Shown piece by piece: positions 9,731 through 18,489 of a stretch of 64,000 nucleotides of DNA (positions within the stretch are counted from its first letter, which is position 1; each line of letters starts with the position of its first letter). Below the pieces are notes generated by a model. It saw only the letters and a program-made list of their open reading frames with translations, was not told the DNA's origin and made no database searches. The translations under genes and the position numbers were made by a program. This stretch comes from Bacteroidales bacterium (lineage in GTDB: Bacteria > Bacteroidota > Bacteroidia > Bacteroidales > PUMT01): positions 83-64,082 of the forward strand of contig SLJO01000178.1 of the NCBI GenBank assembly GCA_007135095.1, in the 5' to 3' direction.

Positions 9731-10729
9731 ATGAGTAAAAATCATAAAAGAGTCAGGGTGCTGCTGTCCAGAATGTTTCCCGCAAACGGGATAGACCTGC
9801 TCAGAAATGAGGGTTTCGAGGTTACAATCTGGGAAAGCGAAAGACCAATGACCCAGGAGGAGCTGATTGAAAAATCACAGTCGCATACTGCCCTTTTCAG
9901 CACTTTGTCGGAAAAAATAGATGCATTGTTCCTGGAGCGGTGCAGCCATCTTGATATAATATCCCAGTTTGGAGTTGGCTATGACAACATCGATATTGAC
10001 AGGGCCACAAAAGCAGGAATACCCGTGGGGAACACTCCTGATGTGCTTAGTGGTGCCACGGCTGATGTTGGATTCGGGCTGATGATAAATGTATCAAGAA
10101 AGATGTTTTACCTGCATAAGTCCATCGCCCGGGGAGAATGGAAATACTTCAGGCCAAATGCCAACCTGGGAATTGAACTCGGGGATAAAACACTGGGGAT
10201 ATACGGTCTTGGGAGGATAGGCGCAGAAATGGCCCGAAGATGCAAGGGCGCCTATAATATGAAAATAATATACCATAACCGCTCCCGGAATCTGAAGGCT
10301 GAAAGGGAGTTTGAAGCCAGATACGTAGGCTTTGATGAACTTCTGGAACTCAGTGATGTGATAAGCGTGCATACAAGCCTGAATGAGGAAACCGCCGGAA
10401 GGTTTGATAAAACGGCTTTTGAGAAAATGAAATCAACGGCTATTTTCATCAATACAGCAAGGGGGCTGATTCATAATGAAAAAGATCTTGCCTGGGCACT
10501 CGAAAACGGAATTATCTGGGGTGCCGGACTTGATGTTACCAGCCCCGAGCCAATGGATCCTGGTAATCCCCTGCTTTCAAGGGAGAATGTTGCTGTACTG
10601 CCGCATATCGGATCTGCCACAGTTGAAACAAGAGGCAAAATGGCGGAACTTGCAGCCATGAATATTATAGAGTTTTACAGGGGCAACAAGGTCCCCCATC
10701 TTGTCAATCCGGAGGTGCTGGCCGGATGA
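9731..10729 (+). CDS. D-isomer-specific 2-hydroxyacid dehydrogenase (glyoxylate/hydroxypyruvate reductase-like)
   Basis: NAD-binding GIYGLGRIGAEMARR, the catalytic region INTARGLIHNEKDL, and PHIGSAT near the C-terminus. Confidence 0.9.
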   Translation: MSKNHKRVRVLLSRMFPANGIDLLRNEGFEVTIWESERPMTQEELIEKSQSHTALFSTLSEKIDALFLERCSHLDIISQFGVGYDNIDIDRATKAGIPVGNTPDVLSGATADVGFGLMINVSRKMFYLHKSIARGEWKYFRPNANLGIELGDKTLGIYGLGRIGAEMARRCKGAYNMKIIYHNRSRNLKAEREFEARYVGFDELLELSDVISVHTSLNEETAGRFDKTAFEKMKSTAIFINTARGLIHNEKDLAWALENGIIWGAGLDVTSPEPMDPGNPLLSRENVAVLPHIGSATVETRGKMAELAAMNIIEFYRGNKVPHLVNPEVLAG

Positions 10730-10750
10730 TCTGCCGGAGCAGATCTGTTT
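10728..10750 (+). terminator. Weak candidate terminator hairpin
   Basis: The 7-bp stem gatctgc/gcagatc with a cgga loop overlaps the stop codon and is followed by tgtttg. The T-tract is poor. Confidence 0.3.
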
Positions 10751-10859
10751 GCCTGTGAGCAGGATCATGCCCGGGTAACACACCCGATCCAGCTAAAGCG
10801 CCGGTTCATCCCTTACTGTTTTAGTCATTTTTTCCAATTTTCAAGCAAATTAAATTATT

Positions 10860-11582
10860 ATGAACAAAGCTGTTTTTTACCTTTTAACTTTACTATTATT
10901 CTTGTCTCTCCGGAATTCCGCAGGGCAGACACTTGACCAGGTGCTTGAAAAGCATTTCAGTGCCTCGGGCCAGGAACGGCTCAGTAAGGTCAGCACTGTC
11001 AAATCCAGTGGCAGGGCTGTACAGCTGGATATGGAAGTGCCCTTCAAGCAGGTCCAGAAACGCCCGAACATGATGTACCTGGAGCTTGACATCCATGGAA
11101 GCAAAATGATACAAGCCTTTGACGGAGAGCAGGGGTGGTCGGTGGAGCCGTGGATGACAAACCAGCCGCGAGTGCTGGCAGGACCCGAGCTCAGCAACCT
11201 TGAAAAAATGGCAAGCATTGACAGCGATCTTGTCAACTGGAGGGAAAAGGGTCATGAGCTTGAATATTCAGGGCTGGAGCAATCAGGGGGCAGGGAGTTT
11301 TATATACTCAGGCTCATCAAGGAACAAGGTGAGATTTACTGGTTCTTTATTGACTCCGGTTCATACCTTATTCATAAAATGGTTGCCTCGTCAAACTATG
11401 GAGGGATCGAGGTTAAAGGCGAAACAATTATGACCGATTACCGTGATATTGACGGAATCCTGGTACCCTTTATGATAGAGATGAGAATGGAAGGGGAAAC
11501 ACTTATGACCAACATTGTCGAGAAAATTGAATTTAATGTGCTAATTGAAGAAAAATATTTTTTCCCGCCTGCCAATCAGTGA
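10860..11582 (+). CDS. Secreted LolA-fold / outer-membrane lipoprotein-sorting-like protein
   Basis: Signal peptide (MNKAVFYLLTLLLFLSLRNSAG). The 240-aa beta-rich sequence resembles the outer membrane lipoprotein-sorting protein family. Family assignment is tentative. Confidence 0.45.
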   Translation: MNKAVFYLLTLLLFLSLRNSAGQTLDQVLEKHFSASGQERLSKVSTVKSSGRAVQLDMEVPFKQVQKRPNMMYLELDIHGSKMIQAFDGEQGWSVEPWMTNQPRVLAGPELSNLEKMASIDSDLVNWREKGHELEYSGLEQSGGREFYILRLIKEQGEIYWFFIDSGSYLIHKMVASSNYGGIEVKGETIMTDYRDIDGILVPFMIEMRMEGETLMTNIVEKIEFNVLIEEKYFFPPANQ

Positions 11583-11652
11583 TTTTAATAAATGCTGAAT
11601 TGGGTGGCATTCAAAATAACAGGCTGATTAATAACTTGTATGACCTGGCTAT

Positions 11653-14595
11653 ATGCGATTAGATAATCCGGACAAAGTGGATTTCACTCCCCTGACAGAA
11701 AGCCTGGAAGGTGATTTTTTCACAGATGCGGTTTGCCGGCTTATTTATGCCACAGATGCATCCTCCTACCGGGAAATTCCCCTTGCCGTATGTCGTCCGG
11801 CAGGAGAAAGAGATATTATAAGGGTTATAAGGTTTGCATCGGAAAACGGCCTGTCGGTTATCCCCCGCACAGCCGGAACCTCCCTTGCCGGCCAGGTCGT
11901 TGGCAACGGGATAATTATGGATGTGTCAAAGCACATGAACCAGGTTATCGGGCTGGACACAAGGGAGAAATGGGTAAGGGTTCAGCCCGGAGTGGTGCTC
12001 GATGAGCTCAACCAGTATCTCAGGCCTTCAGGATTGTTCTTTGCCCCTGAAACTTCCACCTCCAACAGGTGCATGATTGGCGGCATGCTGGGTAATAATG
12101 CATGCGGCGCCCATTCGCTGATTTACGGAAGCACGCGTGATCATACCCTGGAAGTCAGAGCCGTGCTGTCAGATGGAAGTGTCACAACTTTTTCCCCCCT
12201 GACAAAACATGAGTTCTTGGAAAAGTGTAAAGGGGGCAACCTGGAAAATAAAATATATAATCATATTTATAAGACCCTGTCGTCCGCTGAAATAAGGAGG
12301 GAGATTCAGGACGAATTTCCCGACCCCGCGGTGACAAGAAGAAATACCGGGTATGCTGTTGACCGGCTGATGGAAACCGCACCATTCATAAGTGGAGGGG
12401 AGGATTTTAATTTTTGCCGGATGATTGCAGGATCGGAAGGCACGCTTGCCTTCATAACAGAGATTAAACTGAACCTGGTACCACTGCCGCCCCCTGAAAC
12501 AGCGGTCATATGTGTTCATTTTGAAACAAAAAAGGATGCTTTGCAGGCCAACCTGATTGCGCTGGAGTTCCAACCCGGTGCAGTGGAAATGATGGATAAT
12601 ATTATTCTCAGGCTCACCGGCGATAATATCGAACAAAAAAAGAACAGGTTTTTTGTAAAGGGTGATCCCGCCGCCATCCTGATAATTGAGTTTGCCCGTA
12701 ACACAAAGCAGGAAATACTTGACCTTGCCCTTGGGATGGAAAAAAGGATGCGGGATGCCGGCTTCGGATACCACTTTCCGGTTATTTTCGGCAGCGACAT
12801 TCAAAGGGTATGGAACCTCAGGAAAGCCGGGCTTGGCGTACTGGCCGGGATGAAGGGAGATGCCAAGCCTGTGTCACTGATTGAAGATACTTCTGTAAGC
12901 GTTTATGCCTTACCCGCATATATTGAAGAGATACAGGCTCTTCTTGATGCTTATGGCAGGGATGTTGTTTATCACGCCCATGTGGGTTCAGGTGAGCTGC
13001 ATCTGCGCCCGGTTCTTAACCTTAAGGATCCTGCTGATGTTGAGCTTTTTTATAAAATAGGACATGATGTTGCCCGTATAGTAAAGAAATACCGGGGATC
13101 CCTTAGCGGTGAACATGGAGACGGCCGGCTCAGGGCTGAATTCATACCAATAGTGCTCGGCGAAAAGAATTACAATCTTTTACGGGAAATCAAACAGGTA
13201 TGGGATCCTTCCAATGTTCTCAATCCGGGGAAGATTACCGGTGCACCCAGGATGAACACATCTTTGCGGTATATTCCCGGCCGCCCGGTAAGGGAGATTG
13301 AGACTGTATTTGATTTTTCTTCATGGGGAGGGATCGTGAGGTTTGCCGAACAGTGCAACGGATCAGGCGATTGCCGGAAGTCAGAGTTGATAGGGGGAAC
13401 CATGTGTCCAAGCTTCATGGCCACCCGTGATGAGCACACCACAACCAGGGCAAGGGCCAACCTGCTCAGGGAGTTTCTGACCAACTCAGATAAGACCAAC
13501 CCCTTCGATCATAAAGAGATATATGATATTCTTGATCTTTGCCTCTCATGCAAGGGATGCAAATCGGAATGCCCTTCAAATGTTGATATGGCTAAGCTGA
13601 AGGCAGAATTCCTGCAGCACTGGTATGATGCAAACGGTATTCCATTCAGGGCAAGGATGGTTGCCCATATTACAGTTATAAACCGGCTTGGAGCCTTGTT
13701 CCCCGGCTTGTTCAATGCGGTAACCAAGAGCAGGGTTTTTTCACCGCTTATCAAAAAGATGACCGGATTTGCTCCTGAAAGAAGCATTCCTTCTTTATAC
13801 AGGTTCACACTCAGGAAATGGGCCGGAAAGAACCTGTACGGGCTTAATGCAAACAGCGGCAATAATGGGAAGGTGATCCTTTTTGCCGATGAGTTTACTG
13901 AGTATAACGATACATTAACCGGAATTAAAACAATTAAATTGCTTGCCAGGCTTGGGTACCGGATTGAACTTATCAGGCATGAGCAGAGTGGGAGGACATT
14001 TATATCCAAGGGTTTTTTACGCAGGGCCAGGGAAATTGCCCGTAAAAATATTGAATTGTTCGACAGGGCCACAGCTGAGGGTATTAACGTAGTTGGCATC
14101 GAGCCATCAGCCGTGCTGACATTCAGGGATGAATACCCTGATCTTGCGGCAGGGGAAATGTTTTCTGCAGCCAAACGGGTGGCTGGTCTGGTACTGATGA
14201 TCGATGAATTCATCAGCAGGGAAGCAGCTTCAGGGAGAATAACATCAGCACAGTTTACCAGGGAATCAAAAAACATCCTTCTTCACGGTCACTGCCAGCA
14301 AAAGGCAATTGCCTCAACCGATGCCACTATCAGGATGCTGACACTGCCTCTTAATTACAGGGTTACAGAGATCAGGTCGGGATGTTGCGGTATGGCGGGG
14401 TCATTCGGCTATGAAAAGGAACATTACGAACTTTCGTTGAAGGTGGGGGAGCTGGTATTGTTTCCCGAAGTCAGGAATGCACCCGCTGATACGGCAATTG
14501 CTGCACCCGGCACCAGCTGCCGTCAGCATATCCGTGACGGCACGGGCAGGAAAGCCATTCATCCGGTGGAACTGCTCTTTGATGCACTCCTCTGA
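11653..14595 (+). CDS. FAD-linked oxidase fused to 4Fe-4S and CCG domains (YdiJ / GlcD-GlcF fusion-like 2-hydroxyacid dehydrogenase)
   Basis: 980 aa. N-terminal PCMH-type FAD domain (RTAGTSLAGQVVG), FAD-oxidase C domain (SGEHGDGRLR), ferredoxin-like CLSCKGCKSECP and CNGSGDCRK...MCPS clusters, and C-terminal CCG motifs (GHCQQKA, GCCGMAGSFG). Confidence 0.85.
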   Translation: MRLDNPDKVDFTPLTESLEGDFFTDAVCRLIYATDASSYREIPLAVCRPAGERDIIRVIRFASENGLSVIPRTAGTSLAGQVVGNGIIMDVSKHMNQVIGLDTREKWVRVQPGVVLDELNQYLRPSGLFFAPETSTSNRCMIGGMLGNNACGAHSLIYGSTRDHTLEVRAVLSDGSVTTFSPLTKHEFLEKCKGGNLENKIYNHIYKTLSSAEIRREIQDEFPDPAVTRRNTGYAVDRLMETAPFISGGEDFNFCRMIAGSEGTLAFITEIKLNLVPLPPPETAVICVHFETKKDALQANLIALEFQPGAVEMMDNIILRLTGDNIEQKKNRFFVKGDPAAILIIEFARNTKQEILDLALGMEKRMRDAGFGYHFPVIFGSDIQRVWNLRKAGLGVLAGMKGDAKPVSLIEDTSVSVYALPAYIEEIQALLDAYGRDVVYHAHVGSGELHLRPVLNLKDPADVELFYKIGHDVARIVKKYRGSLSGEHGDGRLRAEFIPIVLGEKNYNLLREIKQVWDPSNVLNPGKITGAPRMNTSLRYIPGRPVREIETVFDFSSWGGIVRFAEQCNGSGDCRKSELIGGTMCPSFMATRDEHTTTRARANLLREFLTNSDKTNPFDHKEIYDILDLCLSCKGCKSECPSNVDMAKLKAEFLQHWYDANGIPFRARMVAHITVINRLGALFPGLFNAVTKSRVFSPLIKKMTGFAPERSIPSLYRFTLRKWAGKNLYGLNANSGNNGKVILFADEFTEYNDTLTGIKTIKLLARLGYRIELIRHEQSGRTFISKGFLRRAREIARKNIELFDRATAEGINVVGIEPSAVLTFRDEYPDLAAGEMFSAAKRVAGLVLMIDEFISREAASGRITSAQFTRESKNILLHGHCQQKAIASTDATIRMLTLPLNYRVTEIRSGCCGMAGSFGYEKEHYELSLKVGELVLFPEVRNAPADTAIAAPGTSCRQHIRDGTGRKAIHPVELLFDALL

Positions 14596-14677
14596 AGAAC
14601 TGTTGTCAAACATAATAAGAGTGATGATTTAAGGGTTTATAATGATTTTTATCTTATTGCATTTCCCCGGCAAATGT

Positions 14678-14685
14678 TAGTTTTG
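14678..14685 (+). promoter_or_regulatory. Candidate -7 promoter box (TAGTTTTG)
   Basis: Matches TAnnTTTG, 24 nt upstream of the symporter ATG, within the 113-nt gap after the FAD/FeS oxidase gene. Confidence 0.3.
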
Positions 14686-14708
14686 TTTATTCCATAGATA
14701 AGCAAAGG

Positions 14709-16130
14709 ATGAACACCTACCTTACAGTTATACTGAGTTACTTTTTATTCATTATACTTGTATCTCTTTTCACCAAACGGATTGCCAGCAGATCGGCGGC
14801 TGATTTTCTTGTTGCCGGCAGGAACCTGGGACTGGTCGCATGTGCTGTAGTCGTGGCTTCCGAGTGGCTTGGTGGCATGAGCACCATCGGCGTGAGTGAA
14901 AAGGCCTTTACCACCGGTACCATGCAGCCTGTACTCTATAATATATCCACAGCAGCGGGCATGATAATAATCGGGTTTACGGTGGCCCGGTACTACCGTG
15001 AAAAAAATGTACACACCGTCAGTGAAATGCTGGAGAACCTGTTTGGCAAAGGGGTTAGAAGCGTTTCAGCAATAGCCTTTCTCGCGGCATATATCACCCT
15101 TTCCTATGTCCAGCTTCAAACCTGCGCAAGTGTTCTGGGGCCGTTGTTCGGGATAAGCTGGATCAACGCAGTGCTTATTTCATCCATTGTAATTACTGCC
15201 TATACTTACGTGGGCGGCATGCATGCCCTGGCTATCACGGGAATAATTCATGTTGGCGCCATGTTTCTGGGTACAGGAATAGCCCTTGTTGTGGGACTCA
15301 ACAAAATAAGTGGTTTCGAATCCCTGTCCGTCCGGCTCATTGAGCTGGGCTCTCCGGTGAACTGGTATAATCCCTTCAGCGGCGGAATATCCTATGCACT
15401 AAGCCTGGTTGTCGGGGGCGTTCTCGGGGGCATGGCGGGCCAGGCCAGCATTCAGCCCATATTTGCAGCGCGAAGCATAAAAACCGCAAGAAATGCAGCT
15501 GTTCTCTCCAGTTTGATCATTGCCCCGTTTGGCATAATGGTGGCATTGCTGGGATTAATTGCCAAAACGGGATTTTTCATTGATGCACAGGCTGTTGTTA
15601 ATCCCAAAATGGTATTGCCGATGCTGATGACAACCCCCGGCTTTATTCACCCCGTATTGGGAGGAATTGCCCTGGCAGGCATTCTCGCGGCCATACTATC
15701 GACAGTCGGGCCTGTTAATTTTGCCGTGGTTACTATTGCCACAAAGGATATTTACCATAGCCTGATAAATAAAACGGCCATAGACAGTAAAATTGTATCC
15801 ACTGCACGCAGGCTGGTGATACTGGTGAACCTGGTTACTGTTCCGCTCGCCATATTCATTCATGGGGCCATCCTTGATGCTGCATATGTTTCCTATGCAA
15901 TCAGGGCAATAGGCGCCATTGTAATTATGCTGGGTATATACAGGCGTGGATGGATAAGCAATCACGGGGTAAGATGGGCCTTTGCCGGAGGCACAGCATC
16001 AGTGCTGCTTGCGGTAGCAGGAAACAAGCTTTCATGGTTCACCGTTGAGGAAACTTTTGTGGGGGTGGGCTCTGCAGTCGTGTTTATAATTGCCGGAAAT
16101 CTATGGTCAAGGTTTAAAAAAAGAGCATAA
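14709..16130 (+). CDS. Sodium:solute symporter family (SSS) transporter
   Basis: 473 aa, about 13 TM segments. The N-terminal DFLVAGRNLG and the WLGGMSTIG region are typical of SSS permeases. Confidence 0.85.
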   Translation: MNTYLTVILSYFLFIILVSLFTKRIASRSAADFLVAGRNLGLVACAVVVASEWLGGMSTIGVSEKAFTTGTMQPVLYNISTAAGMIIIGFTVARYYREKNVHTVSEMLENLFGKGVRSVSAIAFLAAYITLSYVQLQTCASVLGPLFGISWINAVLISSIVITAYTYVGGMHALAITGIIHVGAMFLGTGIALVVGLNKISGFESLSVRLIELGSPVNWYNPFSGGISYALSLVVGGVLGGMAGQASIQPIFAARSIKTARNAAVLSSLIIAPFGIMVALLGLIAKTGFFIDAQAVVNPKMVLPMLMTTPGFIHPVLGGIALAGILAAILSTVGPVNFAVVTIATKDIYHSLINKTAIDSKIVSTARRLVILVNLVTVPLAIFIHGAILDAAYVSYAIRAIGAIVIMLGIYRRGWISNHGVRWAFAGGTASVLLAVAGNKLSWFTVEETFVGVGSAVVFIIAGNLWSRFKKRA

Positions 16131-16175
16131 GACCCATGATTTAATAAAAATTCACTTATAAAAAACCTGTTTTTT

Positions 16176-17390
16176 ATGGATTTGCCTCTGAAAGGATTAA
16201 CAGTGACCGAACTGGCAAATGTACTTGCCGGTCCGAGTGTCGGAATGTTTTTGGCAGAAATGGGCGCCACCGTGATTAAGGTGGAGAATGTGAGGTCGTG
16301 CGGAGATGTGACAAGGCACTGGAAATTACCAACCGAAGATCCTGATACCGACATATCCGGTTACTTTTCCTCGGTAAACTGGGGAAAAAAGTCGGTTGCC
16401 CTTGACATAGCGCAGGATGAAGGACTTGAGATTGTTTACAGGCTTGTTGAGAAAAGCGACATTGTTCTTTCAAGCTATAAACCCGGAGATGCTGAAAAGC
16501 TGAAAGTAGACTATCCTGAGCTTAGGAAAATAAATGAAAAGGTTATCTATGCCCATGTTACGGGATATGGAATGAATAACCCCAGGGCAGGATATGATGC
16601 TATCATCCAGGCCGAAAGCGGATTTACATACATGAACGGGGAACCGGGCGGCATACCCACCAAGATGCCTGTGGCCCTGATGGATGTACTTGCTGCCCAC
16701 CAGATCAAGGAGGCTGTCCTGCTGGCCCTGCTGGCCAGGGAAAGAGGCGGCTCAGGACAGTACATCGAAGCATCACTTCTCAAGTCCGGCATAGCCTCAC
16801 TTGCCAACCAGGCTGCCAACTGGCTTGTCGGCAAGACCATCCCCGGGCGGATGGGTTCCGACCACCCCAATATCGTGCCTTACGGAACAATATTCACAAC
16901 CGCAGATAAAAAGGAGATAGTGCTGGCAGTAGGTACTGACAAGCAGTTTGGGGAATTATGCAGGCTCCTTGGCAGGGAGGCGCTGGCAGAAGATCAGAGG
17001 TTCAGGAATAATTTCAACCGGGTAGTGAACAGCAATGAACTCAAGAAAGAGTTGCAGGAGCTTATCGGTTTCCATAACCGTGACAGTATCCTGAAATTAC
17101 TTGCAGAACGGCGTGTTCCCGCCGGGGGTGTATTCAATATGCAGGAGGTATTCGAAACAGCCGGGGCACGGGAAATGCTGCTTGAATCGGAACTTGACAC
17201 GGGCACTATCAGGGGAGTGAGCTCGGTTGCCTTCACAGGGCGGGAAGCAGGAACACGGAAAATTACGCCGCCGCCACATTACGGTCAGCATAGCAGGGAG
17301 ATTCTAATTCAAACACTTGGCTACGGAGACCGGCAGGTTGATTTGCTTCAGGATAAAAATATAATTTATGCACAAAAAAATAAAGTATAA
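16176..17390 (+). CDS. Family III CoA-transferase (CaiB/BaiF; succinyl-CoA:dicarboxylate transferase-like)
   Basis: The N-terminus PLKGLTVTELANVLAGPSVGMFLAEMGATVIKVE is the hallmark opening of family III CoA-transferases. The catalytic Asp region is ALMDVLAAH. Confidence 0.9.
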   Translation: MDLPLKGLTVTELANVLAGPSVGMFLAEMGATVIKVENVRSCGDVTRHWKLPTEDPDTDISGYFSSVNWGKKSVALDIAQDEGLEIVYRLVEKSDIVLSSYKPGDAEKLKVDYPELRKINEKVIYAHVTGYGMNNPRAGYDAIIQAESGFTYMNGEPGGIPTKMPVALMDVLAAHQIKEAVLLALLARERGGSGQYIEASLLKSGIASLANQAANWLVGKTIPGRMGSDHPNIVPYGTIFTTADKKEIVLAVGTDKQFGELCRLLGREALAEDQRFRNNFNRVVNSNELKKELQELIGFHNRDSILKLLAERRVPAGGVFNMQEVFETAGAREMLLESELDTGTIRGVSSVAFTGREAGTRKITPPPHYGQHSREILIQTLGYGDRQVDLLQDKNIIYAQKNKV

Positions 17391-18489
17391 AAAAGTACTG
17401 GCTGAAGGCAGCCGTATAACCATAGAGGCAATGGCAAGGGCAGGGGCAGATTCCTTTATCGGATATCCAATAACACCTGCCAACCTGCTTTACCAGTATG
17501 CAGGCAGGCGATTCCCCCTTATGCTGCCTGCGCCCGATGAAATTACCGCGCTGCAATGGATGTCAGGATTGTCTGCATGCGGGCATATTCCTGTCACTGC
17601 CACCTCATTTCCCGGCCTTGCCCTGATGCTGGAATCGGTCAATATGGCCTTTATGATGGAGCTGCCAATGGTGATCATCCTGGTGCAGCGACTGGGGCCG
17701 GCAACAGGCACTGCAACCTGTGGGGCACAGGGGGATATCTCCCTGCTCAGGGGATTTATATCGGGAGGACATCAGCTGCCGGTATTGTGCCCCGCCGATT
17801 TCACTGATTGCTGGGATCTCTCTGCCAGGGCAGTTTCGCTTTCCGTGGAGCTGCGGACCCCGGTTATACTTCTCACCTCAAAGGAGGAAATGATGACAAG
17901 CAGGAGTTTTGACCCATCCCTGCTTGGGGATATCAGGGCAGTCAGGAGATCGTTTTATTCGGCAGATAAACCATATATGTCCTACGAGCCGGCAGAAAAC
18001 CTGGTACCACCTTTTCTGCCGGTGACAAACAGCCGCTACCAGGTAAGGCTGAATGCCTCAACACATGATGCAAAAGGAATATTGCAGCATTCAAGTGATG
18101 AGGCCCTTGCAAATACCCGCCGGCTTGAGGAAAAGCCTCTCAGCCACCTTCCCGGTTATACCTTCTATGATCTGGATGAGCAGGAGGGGGCGGAAACCAT
18201 AATTGTATCTTACGGCATCACAGCAGCCGCCTCAAGGGATGCCGTAAAGAATATCCGCCGAAGCGGAAAACGGGTTTCTCTCCTGGTTCCCAAAACACTT
18301 CTCCCGGTACCCGGTATTTATTTTGATATAGCCGATCGCTATAAAAAAGTAGTTATTGCAGAGGAAAATATAAACGCCCAGTATGCCAGGATTATGTTTG
18401 GTGCCAGGCTGCCTGAAAAAATTGTTACTGCAGGGTCAATCGGCAGAATGACCGGCAGGGATGAAATTATTAAAAAGTCCGGCTTATGA
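17368..18489 (+). CDS. 2-oxoacid:ferredoxin oxidoreductase, alpha subunit
   Basis: 373 aa. The GYPITPAN motif and pyruvate-flavodoxin/ferredoxin oxidoreductase core domains are present. Overlaps the CoA-transferase stop by 23 nt. Confidence 0.85.
   Translation: MHKKIKYKKVLAEGSRITIEAMARAGADSFIGYPITPANLLYQYAGRRFPLMLPAPDEITALQWMSGLSACGHIPVTATSFPGLALMLESVNMAFMMELPMVIILVQRLGPATGTATCGAQGDISLLRGFISGGHQLPVLCPADFTDCWDLSARAVSLSVELRTPVILLTSKEEMMTSRSFDPSLLGDIRAVRRSFYSADKPYMSYEPAENLVPPFLPVTNSRYQVRLNASTHDAKGILQHSSDEALANTRRLEEKPLSHLPGYTFYDLDEQEGAETIIVSYGITAAASRDAVKNIRRSGKRVSLLVPKTLLPVPGIYFDIADRYKKVVIAEENINAQYARIMFGARLPEKIVTAGSIGRMTGRDEIIKKSGL

Noticed and set aside
12169-14276. Long antisense ORFs (211 aa at 12169-12804, 255 aa at 13509-14276, and several of 60-110 aa) within the FAD/FeS oxidase gene.
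   Set aside because: The sense strand encodes a continuous 980-aa protein with clear FAD, 4Fe-4S and CCG motifs. The antisense translations are low-complexity Ser/Leu/Ile-rich with no recognisable motifs, which is typical of shadow ORFs.
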